Source of the DNA: Sphingomonas sp.
Lineage (GTDB): Bacteria; Pseudomonadota; Alphaproteobacteria; Sphingomonadales; Sphingomonadaceae
Length of the DNA stretch: 64,000 nucleotides
Direction of reading: 5' to 3'
Assembly: GCA_045810725.1 (NCBI GenBank)
Contig: JBJMVK010000132.1
Location: 522-64,521, forward strand
In this document: positions 30,237 through 39,894 of the stretch, in pieces
Layout of the letters: every line of letters begins with the position of its first letter
Position numbering within the stretch: position 1 is the first letter of the stretch
Notes under the pieces: model-generated
Database searches by the model: none
What the model saw: only the letters and a program-made list of their open reading frames with translations
Told to the model about the DNA's origin: nothing
Made by a program: the position numbers and the translations under genes

Positions 30237-30999
30237 CGCCAATCAGGAGCAGCGCTCCCGCAGCGTCGATGCGCTCTCCCGGTCCGACGAGGAGGCAATC
30301 GCCGGGACGAGCGCGATCATTTCCAGAACGGATCTCGCCGTGCAGGGGGATCACCCAGCGCTCGCGATCGGTGAACGTGTCTTCATGCGTCTGGGCCAGG
30401 GTGAAGGGTGGTCCATCGACCAGCAGCATCTCGCCCCCGGGGGAGAGATGCTGCGCCAGCGAATGCGGATAGGGTTCAGGTCGAGCCACGGCAATTCCAT
30501 CGTCGAGATGAAGTTCGCGGGGACTGCCGTAATCGTAAAGGCGGTACGTCACGTCCGAGTTCTGCTGGAATTCGATAAGGGAGATTCCGCCGCCGATCGC
30601 GTGGATCGTTCGGGGCGGCACTAGGAAGAAATCGGCCGCTCTGACCACTCGCCAATCCATCAGCTCCTCGATCGAGCCGTCGAGCGCAGCGGCGCGCAGC
30701 CGCTCGCTCTCGACCTGTTCCTTCAACCCTAGGCCCAGCATCGAGCCCGGCTCGGCATCGAGGATGTACCAGCATTCGCTCTTGCCGCGCGAGAGGTCGC
30801 GCTCTTGCGCCTGCGCGTCGTCGGGGTGCACCTGGATGGAAAGCCGCTCGCTCGTGAAGAGATATTTGACGAGTAGCGGCTTGTCGCCCGCGCCGGTGAA
30901 CCAGACCTCCCCGATCCGCTTGCCGCGCGGTGCATCGAACATCTCGGGAAGCTCGGTTCGTCCCCACGGTTTTTCGACATAGCGGCGCTCGAGCTTCAC
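30226..30999 (-). CDS. manA: Mannose-6-phosphate isomerase class I
   Basis: EKPWG, GEVW, LSIQVHPDD, KSECWY, HAIG, EFQQNSDVTYRLYDY. Confidence 0.88.
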   Translation of the reverse strand: MKLERRYVEKPWGRTELPEMFDAPRGKRIGEVWFTGAGDKPLLVKYLFTSERLSIQVHPDDAQAQERDLSRGKSECWYILDAEPGSMLGLGLKEQVESERLRAAALDGSIEELMDWRVVRAADFFLVPPRTIHAIGGGISLIEFQQNSDVTYRLYDYGSPRELHLDDGIAVARPEPYPHSLAQHLSPGGEMLLVDGPPFTLAQTHEDTFTDRERWVIPLHGEIRSGNDRARPGDCLLVGPGERIDAAGALLLIGATA

Positions 31000-31742
31000 G
31001 TAAGGATCCGCTTCAGCACCGGCTCTATGACCGTCGCCATCACGTCGTATCCGGCTTCGGTCGGGTGAACTCCATCATAAGCGAGGCCAGGCTTCATCGC
31101 TCCGCTGCCATCGTCCAGTACCGGATGATAATCGACCCACGTCGCGCCGGTTACATGCGCAAGCTGCATCAGGCGGCGGTTGAGCTCGGCGATCGAGTTG
31201 CGCGTCTCGACCTTCGGCGCCCACGGGAAGCTCCCTGCAGGTGGAACCGATGCGATCATTGCCTCGATCCCGTGCCGCTGCGCAATATCGGTCATCGCCC
31301 GGATATTGTCCTCACTCATCTGCGGCGTCATCGGCCCGGTGTTTCCGGCAATGTCGTTGGTGCCGCCCATGATGTGCACCGCGCGCGGCTTGAGCGCGAC
31401 CACGTCGCTCATCATTCGAAGCACCATCTGGGAGGTAGTCTGGCCGCCGATTCCGCGGTCGATCCTGCCGGCTGTGAAGAAAGCGGGCCGCTTGTCGAAC
31501 CAGCCTTCACTGATTGAATCGCCCATGAAGACCACGTCCACCTTGGCCGTCGATGCGAGGAGCGCCCGGTTTTCATCGGCGTAATAGCCGGTCATCCCAA
31601 AATCGCGGCCGAACCAGCCATGGAACCAGCTGTTCCAGTCCGTTCCCGGCGGAATCTTCTGCTTCGGCCACGCAGCGGTCGGCACAAGCAGTGCGGGACT
31701 GGCCAGTGCGGCTCGGATCAGATGGCGGCGGTCCAGCCTCAT
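30996..31742 (-). CDS. SGNH/GDSL esterase, Tat-exported (putative acetylesterase)
   Basis: MRLDRRHLI; GDSI, RGIGGQT, GTND, DGVHP. Confidence 0.9.
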   Translation of the reverse strand: MRLDRRHLIRAALASPALLVPTAAWPKQKIPPGTDWNSWFHGWFGRDFGMTGYYADENRALLASTAKVDVVFMGDSISEGWFDKRPAFFTAGRIDRGIGGQTTSQMVLRMMSDVVALKPRAVHIMGGTNDIAGNTGPMTPQMSEDNIRAMTDIAQRHGIEAMIASVPPAGSFPWAPKVETRNSIAELNRRLMQLAHVTGATWVDYHPVLDDGSGAMKPGLAYDGVHPTEAGYDVMATVIEPVLKRILT

Positions 31743-33202
31743 AGCCGGTCCTCCAACGAGCAAAGTTGCGGTCGAAGCGGGCCTTCGACACTGACTCCCT
31801 TCGAATCGAAGAGCACGTGCTCTTGGCTCTCTGCGGTGAATCTGGGCCATTGCGGGACTCCAGGCCCGTTCGGGTCGCCCGTCTTCACGAAATTGATCCA
31901 GTAAGGCTTCATCGACAGCCCCGGTGCGAAGGTGGAATCCGAGAAGGCATAGGGAATTTCCGCCGCATGTGAGGTCTTTCCGCCGTTCGGTGCGGAATCG
32001 AACTCGTAGCGCCACACTGCCGCGCCGAGTTGCGACAAGAGCTGCGCGAGATGCTCCGTCGGACAGCGGAACACGACATCGGTCCCGATCTGCTGATCCA
32101 ACGATCCCAGCCGCGGATCCTCGGGCGGATTCGGCTGGTCGGCATGATAATAAGCACGTGCGGCGGCTTCCTTGGATCCGAACGTCCTGGCGATGATCGA
32201 ATCGCGGCGCGCGCGGTCCGAGCCAAACTCGATCTTGTTGGTGCCGGCGATCACCGGCCGTGGCGGTGCTTTTTGAAGCAGCGTCCGAGGATCGGTCGGG
32301 AAGACCTTCCCGTCGACGGTCGTGCGCAGCCACATCATGTCGTCCGACTGCATATTGTCGTCGTGAAGCTTGACGTCGACGGCGAGCAACGCCGCCACCG
32401 ACATTTGACGCATTTTCTCGATGCTTCCGCCTGCCTTCAACAGGTCGTCTGCCTGAAGTCCGATGCGCTCGGCATCGGCAAGGCTTCGAAAGGTCATTCC
32501 AAAGCCCGGCGTTCCGCTTTCCATGATCGCTTTTCCAAACAGCCCGTTCGCTTCTGGAGCAGCGAGCAGAAGGCTGACGTCCTGGGCCCCCGCGGACTCC
32601 CCCGCGATCGTGACATTGCCGGGATCGCCACCGAACCTGGCAATATTGTCATGAACCCAACGCAGCGCCGCGATCTGGTCCATGATCCCGTAATTCCCCG
32701 ATCCGCCCTGCTCGGCGCTGAGGGCGCGATGCGACAGAAATCCGAAGATCCCGAGCCGGTAGCGAACCCCGACGATGAGCACCTGGTTTCCGACATCCGA
32801 CAGGATGATGTCGTTGGGGCCCCCGGCGCGATTGCTTCCGCCGTGGATCCAAACCAGCACCGGGAGCCTCCCAGAAAAAGAGGGCGTTCGGACGTCGAGG
32901 GTCAGGCAGTCTTCCTTCCCGATCACATAATCGGAATAATTCCAGCCCTGGTCATTCTGGATGCAGGAGGCGGGCTGTCCCGTCGCATCACGCACTCCCT
33001 TCCATGGGATCACCGCCTGCGGCGGTTTCCAGCGAAGTTCCTCGACGGGGGGAGCGGCGAACGGGATCCCGCGAAAGAGAAAGCCGCCACCGGCCGCAGG
33101 AGCGCCTCGAACCGTCCCGCCCGCGACGGCAATGACCGGCGAAGCGGCGGGCGCGGGCGCTGCGGCAAGGACAAGGGCAAGAACCTCCAACGCTTTCAAC
33201 AA
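31739..33202 (-). CDS. Carboxylesterase type B
   Basis: GIPFAAPP, EDCLTLDV, WIHGG, FGGDPGNVTIAGESAG. Confidence 0.92.
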   Translation of the reverse strand: MLKALEVLALVLAAAPAPAASPVIAVAGGTVRGAPAAGGGFLFRGIPFAAPPVEELRWKPPQAVIPWKGVRDATGQPASCIQNDQGWNYSDYVIGKEDCLTLDVRTPSFSGRLPVLVWIHGGSNRAGGPNDIILSDVGNQVLIVGVRYRLGIFGFLSHRALSAEQGGSGNYGIMDQIAALRWVHDNIARFGGDPGNVTIAGESAGAQDVSLLLAAPEANGLFGKAIMESGTPGFGMTFRSLADAERIGLQADDLLKAGGSIEKMRQMSVAALLAVDVKLHDDNMQSDDMMWLRTTVDGKVFPTDPRTLLQKAPPRPVIAGTNKIEFGSDRARRDSIIARTFGSKEAAARAYYHADQPNPPEDPRLGSLDQQIGTDVVFRCPTEHLAQLLSQLGAAVWRYEFDSAPNGGKTSHAAEIPYAFSDSTFAPGLSMKPYWINFVKTGDPNGPGVPQWPRFTAESQEHVLFDSKGVSVEGPLRPQLCSLEDRL

Positions 33203-33245
33203 TTGCGCCTCCCACCTTCCCCGCCAGCTTGCGGCCCTTGATGAA

Positions 33246-33259
33246 GGTTAGCGCTAACC
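33246..33259. promoter_or_regulatory. LacI-family operator, copy 5
   Basis: Perfect palindrome (A)GGTTAGCGCTAACC(T) between divergent esterase and MFS genes. Confidence 0.85.
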
Positions 33260-33320
33260 TCATTGCTTGTGCGACCGATTTTTCGCTGCCAGTCTGCGGC
33301 CATATTCGAAAGGATGCGGA

Positions 33321-34613
33321 GTGCAGCAACAGCGCCAATCGGCCGGGGTGACCGGCGCCTATGTGATCGTCACCTGCCTGTTTTTCGCGTGGGGTTTCAT
33401 CACCTCGCTCGTCGATCCGCTAGTCGCTGCCGTCAAAGGGATTTTCCACCTCTCCGACGTCGAGGCGCAGCTGTCCGCCTTCGCCTTTTTCATCGCTTAT
33501 GGAGTGATGAGCCTTCCCGGCGCCGTGATCGTGGCGAAGCTTAAATCGGTGCCCAGCGTGCTCATCTCGCTTGGCCTGATGGTGGCGGGCTGCCTCATCA
33601 TGCTGCTCGCGGCGAACATGGCGGTTTATCCGGTCGTGCTGCTCGGCCTGTTCGTCCTGGCGAGCGGGATCACGGTGCTGCAAGTCGCCGCCAATCCGCT
33701 TTCTGCTGCGCTCGGCACTCCCGAACGGAGCCACTTCCGCCTCACCTTCAGCCAGGCCTTCAACAGCCTCGGCACCTTCATCGGTCCTTATCTCGGCGCG
33801 TCCTTGTTCCTGAAGGGCGTCGAGGTGAAGGAAGGCACGGTCGTCACGCCCGCCGTCCGCGCTGCCTCGCTCCATGGCATCGACCGTGCATTCTTCTGGA
33901 TCGCCGGTCTCATCATCCTCATCGGCGTCCTCATCTACGCCGGCCGCAAAATGATCGCTGCCGCTGCCCCGCCGCCTCCGCACGAGACCGCGGACATGGG
34001 CGTCGGCCGCACGATCCGCGAGGCGATTTCTTCGCCCTGGGCGCTGTTCGGCGGTCTCGCCATCTTCCTTTACGTCGGGGCGGAGGTGTCGATCGGAACG
34101 CAGATGGCGCTGTTCCTCAACAGTGCCGACGTGTGGAACGTCGCGCTCGAGCGCGCAGGCAAGTTCGTCAGCCTCTATTGGGGCGGAGCGATGGTCGGCC
34201 GGCTGGTCGGCTCCGCGCTGCTTACCAGGGTTCCGGCACCGCGCCTGCTTGCAGTCTTCACCGGCGCGGCATGCCTCCTGTGCCTGTTCGTCTTCGCGGT
34301 CGGCGGCGTGCCCGGCGGCTATGCGGCGCTGTCGATCGGGCTATTCAACTCGATCATGTTCCCGGTCATCTTTACGATCACCCTCGAACGGTCGACCGCG
34401 TCGGAAGAGGCGACATCGGGATTCCTTTGTTTCTCGATCGTGGGCGGCGCGATTCTTCCGCTCATCGTCGGCCTGGTCTCGCAGCGCAGCAATTACGTGA
34501 CCGCGTTCATTGTGCCCGCGCTTTGCTATGCGGTGCTGCTCATGTTCTCGCTGGCGTCCAGCCGGGCGCGAACCCACCTCCGCGACGAGCCGGCCGCCGC
34601 GACGATCCACTAA
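33321..34613 (+). CDS. Sugar MFS permease, FucP/GluP family
   Basis: FFAWGF, LQVAANP, QAFNSLGT, FLYVGAEV, NSIMFP; GTG start. Confidence 0.92.
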   Translation: MQQQRQSAGVTGAYVIVTCLFFAWGFITSLVDPLVAAVKGIFHLSDVEAQLSAFAFFIAYGVMSLPGAVIVAKLKSVPSVLISLGLMVAGCLIMLLAANMAVYPVVLLGLFVLASGITVLQVAANPLSAALGTPERSHFRLTFSQAFNSLGTFIGPYLGASLFLKGVEVKEGTVVTPAVRAASLHGIDRAFFWIAGLIILIGVLIYAGRKMIAAAAPPPPHETADMGVGRTIREAISSPWALFGGLAIFLYVGAEVSIGTQMALFLNSADVWNVALERAGKFVSLYWGGAMVGRLVGSALLTRVPAPRLLAVFTGAACLLCLFVFAVGGVPGGYAALSIGLFNSIMFPVIFTITLERSTASEEATSGFLCFSIVGGAILPLIVGLVSQRSNYVTAFIVPALCYAVLLMFSLASSRARTHLRDEPAAATIH

Positions 34614-36115
34614 ACCGAAGCGACACGCCGTTCGATGAACTCGCTCGCCAGAGGCAGCCGCTCTGCGGCCGTTTCGTAAGCGCGCCTCAACTCGGCCATG
34701 GCGCGCAGAACGTCGGCGTCGGGCATGGCCGCGGCGAGCGGGTCCGCCTCGCTTGGGAGAATGTCCTGCCCTAGCATCACCGCGATCCAGCTCGGCACGT
34801 CGAACAGCTCCTCATTGTATCGGAACACGCGGCCATGCTGGCGGAAAAGCTCGATCTTGTGCCGAAGCGTGTCGGGGAGCTCCATGTCGCGCATCTGCCT
34901 CCAGAACGGCTCCGGGCGCCGGTTCGCGAAATAGTGGAGGATGATGAAGTCGCGCACCGGCTCGTAGCTGTTCACCATGTCGCGGTTGTATTCGTCGCGC
35001 TCAACCGGATTGATGCCGCGCCCGGGGAAAAGGCTCAGAAGCTTCTGAACGCCGTGCTGGATCAGGTGGATGCTGGTCGACTCCAACGGCTCGAGAAAGC
35101 CGGACGAAAGTCCGATCCCGATGACGTTTGCTTCCCATGCCTTGCTTCTCCGCCCCGCGGTGAAGCGGAGCCGCTTCGGATCCGCGATCGGCTCGGCATC
35201 GAGCGTTTCGACAAGGATACGCTCCGCCTCGTCATCCTCCATGAACGCGCTCGAATAGACGTGGCCGTTGCCCGTCCGGTGCTGAAGCGGGATGCGCCAT
35301 TGCCACCCCGCCGAATGCGCCGTCGAGCGGGTGTAGGGGAGCAGCGGCTCCGAGCGCGCCGAGGGAAGCGCGATTGCGCGGTCGCAGGGTAGCCAGTGCG
35401 ACCAGTCTTCGAAGCCGACGCCCAGCTGCTGGCCGAGAAGGAGGCTTCTAAAGCCGGAGCAGTCAATGAAGAGGTCGCCGCGGACCCGTCGATCGTCGTC
35501 CAGCGCTACGGCAGTGACGAAGCCGCTCTCCCCGTCTTGCTCGACTCCGACGATCTTGCCTTCGATCCGCTCGGCGCCGTGCGCCGTGGCATATCTGCGC
35601 AGAAACTGGCCGTAAGCGGCGGCATCGAAATGGAAGGCGTAGGCAATCTGCGAAAGCACATCGGCTGGCTGCGGGGAGGGGTGGCCGAACCGGTGCAGCG
35701 CGGCCGCAACCGCGGACATCGAATAGCCGGCAAGCGGCCCGACCGAGGGATTGCCGCGATGCCTCAGCCAGAGCTGGTGAAGCGAAAGCCCGTTGAGTGG
35801 CCGGCCAATCTGCCCGAACTGATGGAAGTAGCGATGGCCCGGTTCGGTCCAGCCCGCGAACTCGATCCCAAGCTTGTAGGTCGCGTGGGTCTCGCGGAGG
35901 AACTCGGCTTCGTCGAGCCCTAGTTGATGATTGAACTCGAGGATCGGGGGGATCGTGCCTTCGCCCACTCCGACAGTGCCGATCGCTTCGGATTCGACGA
36001 GGACGATCCGGCGCCCATCGCCTTGCAGGAATTTCGACAGTGCGGCCGCGGTCATCCACCCCGCCGTGCCGCCGCCAACCACGATGATCCGCCTGATTGC
36101 CCCTGTCTCAGCCAT
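34610..36115 (-). CDS. Tryptophan halogenase family flavoprotein (Hal4)
   Basis: GGGTAG, TYKLGIEF, WQWRIP, FLEPLESTS. Confidence 0.93.
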   Translation of the reverse strand: MAETGAIRRIIVVGGGTAGWMTAAALSKFLQGDGRRIVLVESEAIGTVGVGEGTIPPILEFNHQLGLDEAEFLRETHATYKLGIEFAGWTEPGHRYFHQFGQIGRPLNGLSLHQLWLRHRGNPSVGPLAGYSMSAVAAALHRFGHPSPQPADVLSQIAYAFHFDAAAYGQFLRRYATAHGAERIEGKIVGVEQDGESGFVTAVALDDDRRVRGDLFIDCSGFRSLLLGQQLGVGFEDWSHWLPCDRAIALPSARSEPLLPYTRSTAHSAGWQWRIPLQHRTGNGHVYSSAFMEDDEAERILVETLDAEPIADPKRLRFTAGRRSKAWEANVIGIGLSSGFLEPLESTSIHLIQHGVQKLLSLFPGRGINPVERDEYNRDMVNSYEPVRDFIILHYFANRRPEPFWRQMRDMELPDTLRHKIELFRQHGRVFRYNEELFDVPSWIAVMLGQDILPSEADPLAAAMPDADVLRAMAELRRAYETAAERLPLASEFIERRVASV

Positions 36116-36155
36116 CAGCTTTCACTACGGCGTTTCGACCCGGATGAAAGCCCTT

Positions 36156-36536
36156 CTACGGCTGGCGATACGGAACCCAGTCCCCGAGGTTGCATCCGGG
36201 GCCGGCGATGATCGCGCCCGGCTCGAGCCCGCGGACCCGGTCGCCCCGGCAATATTGGCCGCCGACTCCAGCTTCGACGATGGTCGTGTTCGCCTCGTTG
36301 AGGCCGGGGCAATCGGCGGCCAACCGGTCGATCCAGATCGTGCGGCCGTAACCGTAGGCGACTGTCCGTGGATCGAGGACGTGGAGATTCTCTGCCGGAT
36401 TATTGGAGATGCAGGTTTGCGCAGGGCCCGCTGTGCGCCCCGCAATGACTTGGGCAAATCGAGCCTCCGGCGGCGCGACGGGGCGAGTGCAACTCGCCAG
36501 CAGGCCGGCAGTAGCGATGAGCATCAAACTGCGCAT
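36156..36536 (-). CDS. Cys-containing lipoprotein of unknown function
   Basis: AGGAGG RBS; lipobox LASC; four further Cys. Confidence 0.8.
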   Translation of the reverse strand: MRSLMLIATAGLLASCTRPVAPPEARFAQVIAGRTAGPAQTCISNNPAENLHVLDPRTVAYGYGRTIWIDRLAADCPGLNEANTTIVEAGVGGQYCRGDRVRGLEPGAIIAGPGCNLGDWVPYRQP

Positions 36537-36559
36537 GCAGGTCCTCCTTCAGGTGAAAC

Positions 36560-37051
36560 GCAGGATCGTTGGTGACCGCTGCCGGGAACCGGACTGCGTC
36601 GAAACAAATCGCCTTGTACCACGTGAGATCGTGCGGCGGCGATGCCGTTCCCGCGCATGGCGGGAGGTGGGACTCGCTCTGGAACTATGCGATCGAACCA
36701 TTGCACCACCATTTCGCTTCGATCGCCTGTCTCCTTCGTAAGCTGAACTTCCATTGCGACGCGCGTCCGGTCCATTGTTCCGCCAATGGGTGGAAAGGTT
36801 CACGCGGGGAAGTCGACCCGGCCATTTTTGACCTGCAGGATCACGTTCTTTGGAAACCCGCCGTCGAGCGTAAGTGAGTGCTGGTCCTGGACGATCGCCC
36901 GTTGCTCGTTCGACCTACCGGCGCGCCACTGCGCCCCGACGAAGCGATAGCGAAGCCACAGGTCGTATCCACCTTCGGCTGACCCATGGGCGGCCTTCAT
37001 CACGAGGAGGAGCGCAGCCGCGAGCCGGCGGAGAGGAACCGTTGACAACAT
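36560..37051 (-). pseudogene. aguA: Heavily deleted alpha-glucuronidase GH67 remnant
   Basis: Three ordered fragments: AEGGYDLWLRY; LDGGFPKNVILQVKNGRVDF/PREPFHPL/MEVQLTKE; EAKWWCNGSIA*FQS...HDLTWYKA, with frameshifts and a stop. Confidence 0.85.
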
Positions 37052-37068
37052 TCGCTTCAACCTAGCAT

Positions 37069-37082
37069 TGGTAGCGCTACCA
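37069..37082. promoter_or_regulatory. LacI-family operator, copy 6
   Basis: Perfect palindrome TGGTAGCGCTACCA abutting the GH10 RBS. Confidence 0.85.
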
Positions 37083-37091
37083 GGAGGAGTG

Positions 37092-38231
37092 ATGGAGCTC
37101 ACACGCCGTCGGGCGATCGCCTGCGGGGCCGCGGCATTGGCGACCGGGGCTGCCGCTCGTCCCCTCCCGCGCAAATCGCTCGACGCTCTGGCTCGCCGAA
37201 GCGGCCGGCGGTTCGGATCGGCCGTCGCATGGAGCGCGCGCGGCGCCGACCGCGGCAGCTTCGCCAATCCGGTCTATGCTCAAATCCTCGAGCGCGAATG
37301 CGAGTTGCTGGTGCCAGAGAACGAGCTCAAATGGCAGTGGAGCCGCCCCGGACCCGATCGCTTCGATTTCCGCCAGTTCGACGCGATCGCCGATTACGCG
37401 ATGGCCCGCAGCTTCAAGCTCCGCGGCCACACGCTCTTCTGGACGCCGGCGAAATGGTATCCCAAGTGGCTGGCTCAAACGCAGTTCCACTCCGCCGCGG
37501 AGGCCGAGCGGCTGCTGGTGACGCATGTGCAGACGGTCTGCCGTCGCTACGGCAAGCGCATCTATTCCTACGATGTCGTCAACGAGGCGGTGCAGCCGGA
37601 AACCGGCTCGATCCGCGACACGAATGTGACTCGTGCGCTTGGGGGCGAGCGGTTCCTCGACCTCATGTTCCACACCGCTCGTGCCGAGGCGCCGCATGCG
37701 CAGCTCGTCTACAATGACTATATGAGCTGGGAACGCAACCGCGAGGATGAGACGCACATCAAAGGCGTGCTCAAATTGCTCGAAGGATTGCGCAAGCGCG
37801 GGACTCCGGTCGATGCGCTTGGCGTTCAATCGCACATCCGCCTCTTGAAGCCACTTTCGGTGGCCGAGATCGTTCGCGAATCCGAAGGTCAGTGGCGGCG
37901 CTTCCTCGATGAGGTGGCCGGGATGGGGTACCAGCTTTTGATCACCGAGTTCGACGTCAACGATCGCCTGGCGCCGACGAGCATCGCGCGCCGCGATCGA
38001 ATGGTTGCCGATTACGCCAAGGCTTATCTCGACGTCATGCTGAGCTATCCGCAGCTGCGCGACATGCTCTGCTGGGGACTGTCCGACCGCTACAGCTGGC
38101 TGCAGGGATTCGATCCGCGAGCCGACGAGGCGCGCAAGCGGGGAACGCCGTACGACGCCGATTTCCGCCCCAAGCCGCTCCGGGCCGCGATTGCCGATGC
38201 TTTCGCGCAAGCGAAGACGCGCCATGCGTAA
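37092..38231 (+). CDS. Endo-1,4-beta-xylanase GH10, Tat-exported
   Basis: TRRRAI; PENELKW, RGHTLFW, DVVNEA, GVQSH, ITEFDV. Confidence 0.95.
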   Translation: MELTRRRAIACGAAALATGAAARPLPRKSLDALARRSGRRFGSAVAWSARGADRGSFANPVYAQILERECELLVPENELKWQWSRPGPDRFDFRQFDAIADYAMARSFKLRGHTLFWTPAKWYPKWLAQTQFHSAAEAERLLVTHVQTVCRRYGKRIYSYDVVNEAVQPETGSIRDTNVTRALGGERFLDLMFHTARAEAPHAQLVYNDYMSWERNREDETHIKGVLKLLEGLRKRGTPVDALGVQSHIRLLKPLSVAEIVRESEGQWRRFLDEVAGMGYQLLITEFDVNDRLAPTSIARRDRMVADYAKAYLDVMLSYPQLRDMLCWGLSDRYSWLQGFDPRADEARKRGTPYDADFRPKPLRAAIADAFAQAKTRHA

Positions 38232-39894
38232 TTGCATCACCGCTTTGGCGCTGCTCGCCGCTGCGGCGCCCGCTTCCGCCAAACAGGCTCCTGCGCAGTT
38301 CGACTGGTTCGAATATCGCGGGGACGACGGCATCGCCGCGAGCGGTCCAGACGAATATTCCAATCCCATCCTGCAGGGCTTCTATCCGGATCCCAGCATC
38401 GTCCGGGTCGGAAGCGACTACTACCTCGTCAACTCGACCTTCGACTGGTTCCCGGGCATGCCGATCTTCCACAGCCGCGACCTCGTTCGCTGGACGCAGA
38501 TCGGGAACGCCATCGACCGGCCGACCCAGCTGAAGTTCGACAAGCTCAACTCGTGGCAGGGCCTCTACGCCCCCGACATCAGCTGGCACGACGGCACCTT
38601 TTACATCGTCAACACCTGCGTCGGCTGCGGGGGGAATTTCGTGATCACCGCAAAGCGTCCGCAGGGTCCGTGGTCAAATCCCGTTTTCCTCCCTGACGTG
38701 GAGGGAATCGACGCATCCTTGTTCTTCGACGACGACGGAAAGGTGTGGATTGTCCACAACGGTCCGCCGCCCGAGAAGCCGCGCTACGAAGGCCATACCG
38801 CGATCTGGCTGCAGCCGTTTGATGCAAGGGCGCTCAAGACGTTCGGCAAGCCGCAAGTGCTTGTCGATGGCGGCGTCCACCCGGAACAGAAACCGATCTG
38901 GATTGAAGGCCCGCACATATTCAAGAAGGACGGATTCTACTATTTGATCGCGGCGGAAGGAGGCACCGAGCAGGGACATTCGGAAGTCGTCTTTCGAAGC
39001 GACAAGGTGACCGGGCCTTATGCCGCGCTCGCGAGCAACCCGATCCTCACCCAGCGCGACTTGGCCAAGGACCGGCCCCACCCGATCGCCTCGACCGGCC
39101 ACGCCAAGTTCGTCGACACCCCAGCGGGCGATTGGTGGGCGGTATTCCTCGCCGTCAGGCCCTACGATTCGGCCGGTAACTTCAACACCGGGCGCGAGAC
39201 CTTCATGATGCCGGTCCGCTGGAGCAACGGCTGGCCACGGATCACCGAGCCAGGACATGGCGTGCCGTGGACCGCGTCCGCGCCGAAGCTGGCGAGGCAG
39301 CCGGCGCCGCGGGTCCCGACCCACGGCGACTTCACCTACCGGGAGGAGTTCAATTCCCCCAAGCTTGCGCCTTATTGGATGCAGCTGCGCAATCCGGCCG
39401 ATCGCTGGTGGCGAATCGCGAACGGCGCGCTGCACCTCGATGCTCGGCACACCTCAATTGCGGATGAGGGGAATCCCTCATTGCTTGGTCGCCGACAACA
39501 ACATCAGAACGCGACGGTTACGGCAGCGATTCGCTTCGTCGCATCCGACGATGCGGCCGAGGCCGGGATCGTGGCTTATCAGAATGACGCGCATTGGTTT
39601 TTCATCGGGGTTGGAAGCGATCACGGAAGGCCGGTCGCGCGCGTTCGCCGCCGCAACAATGATACAGGCGAAGGGGTGATCATTGGACAGGCGCCGCTGC
39701 CCGTCTCCGGCTCGCAGTTGCAGCTTCGAATCGCAGCGCATGGCGCCAGCTACGATTTCGCGTGGAGCACCGAAGGCCGCCGCTGGCACACGCTCGTGGA
39801 AGGCGCGGACGGCACCATCCTCAGCACGCCCAAGGCCGGCGGATTCGTCGGCGCGGTGTTCGGCCTGTACGCCCACGACGGAAGCAGCAAATGA
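38224..39894 (+). CDS. Beta-xylosidase/arabinofuranosidase GH43
   Basis: NPILQGFYPDPSI, YAPDI, GIDASLF, WIEGPHI, GFVGA C-terminal domain. Confidence 0.93.
   Translation: MRNCITALALLAAAAPASAKQAPAQFDWFEYRGDDGIAASGPDEYSNPILQGFYPDPSIVRVGSDYYLVNSTFDWFPGMPIFHSRDLVRWTQIGNAIDRPTQLKFDKLNSWQGLYAPDISWHDGTFYIVNTCVGCGGNFVITAKRPQGPWSNPVFLPDVEGIDASLFFDDDGKVWIVHNGPPPEKPRYEGHTAIWLQPFDARALKTFGKPQVLVDGGVHPEQKPIWIEGPHIFKKDGFYYLIAAEGGTEQGHSEVVFRSDKVTGPYAALASNPILTQRDLAKDRPHPIASTGHAKFVDTPAGDWWAVFLAVRPYDSAGNFNTGRETFMMPVRWSNGWPRITEPGHGVPWTASAPKLARQPAPRVPTHGDFTYREEFNSPKLAPYWMQLRNPADRWWRIANGALHLDARHTSIADEGNPSLLGRRQQHQNATVTAAIRFVASDDAAEAGIVAYQNDAHWFFIGVGSDHGRPVARVRRRNNDTGEGVIIGQAPLPVSGSQLQLRIAAHGASYDFAWSTEGRRWHTLVEGADGTILSTPKAGGFVGAVFGLYAHDGSSK

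Noticed and set aside
30231-30244. Operator-like CGGTAGCGCCAATC
   Set aside because: Within the 3' ends of convergent genes, broken symmetry, not near a promoter
24801-36115. Pyrrolnitrin/rebeccamycin-like biosynthetic gene cluster
   Set aside because: No prnB-D, reb, NRPS, PKS or flavin reductase genes; neighbours are sugar catabolic genes
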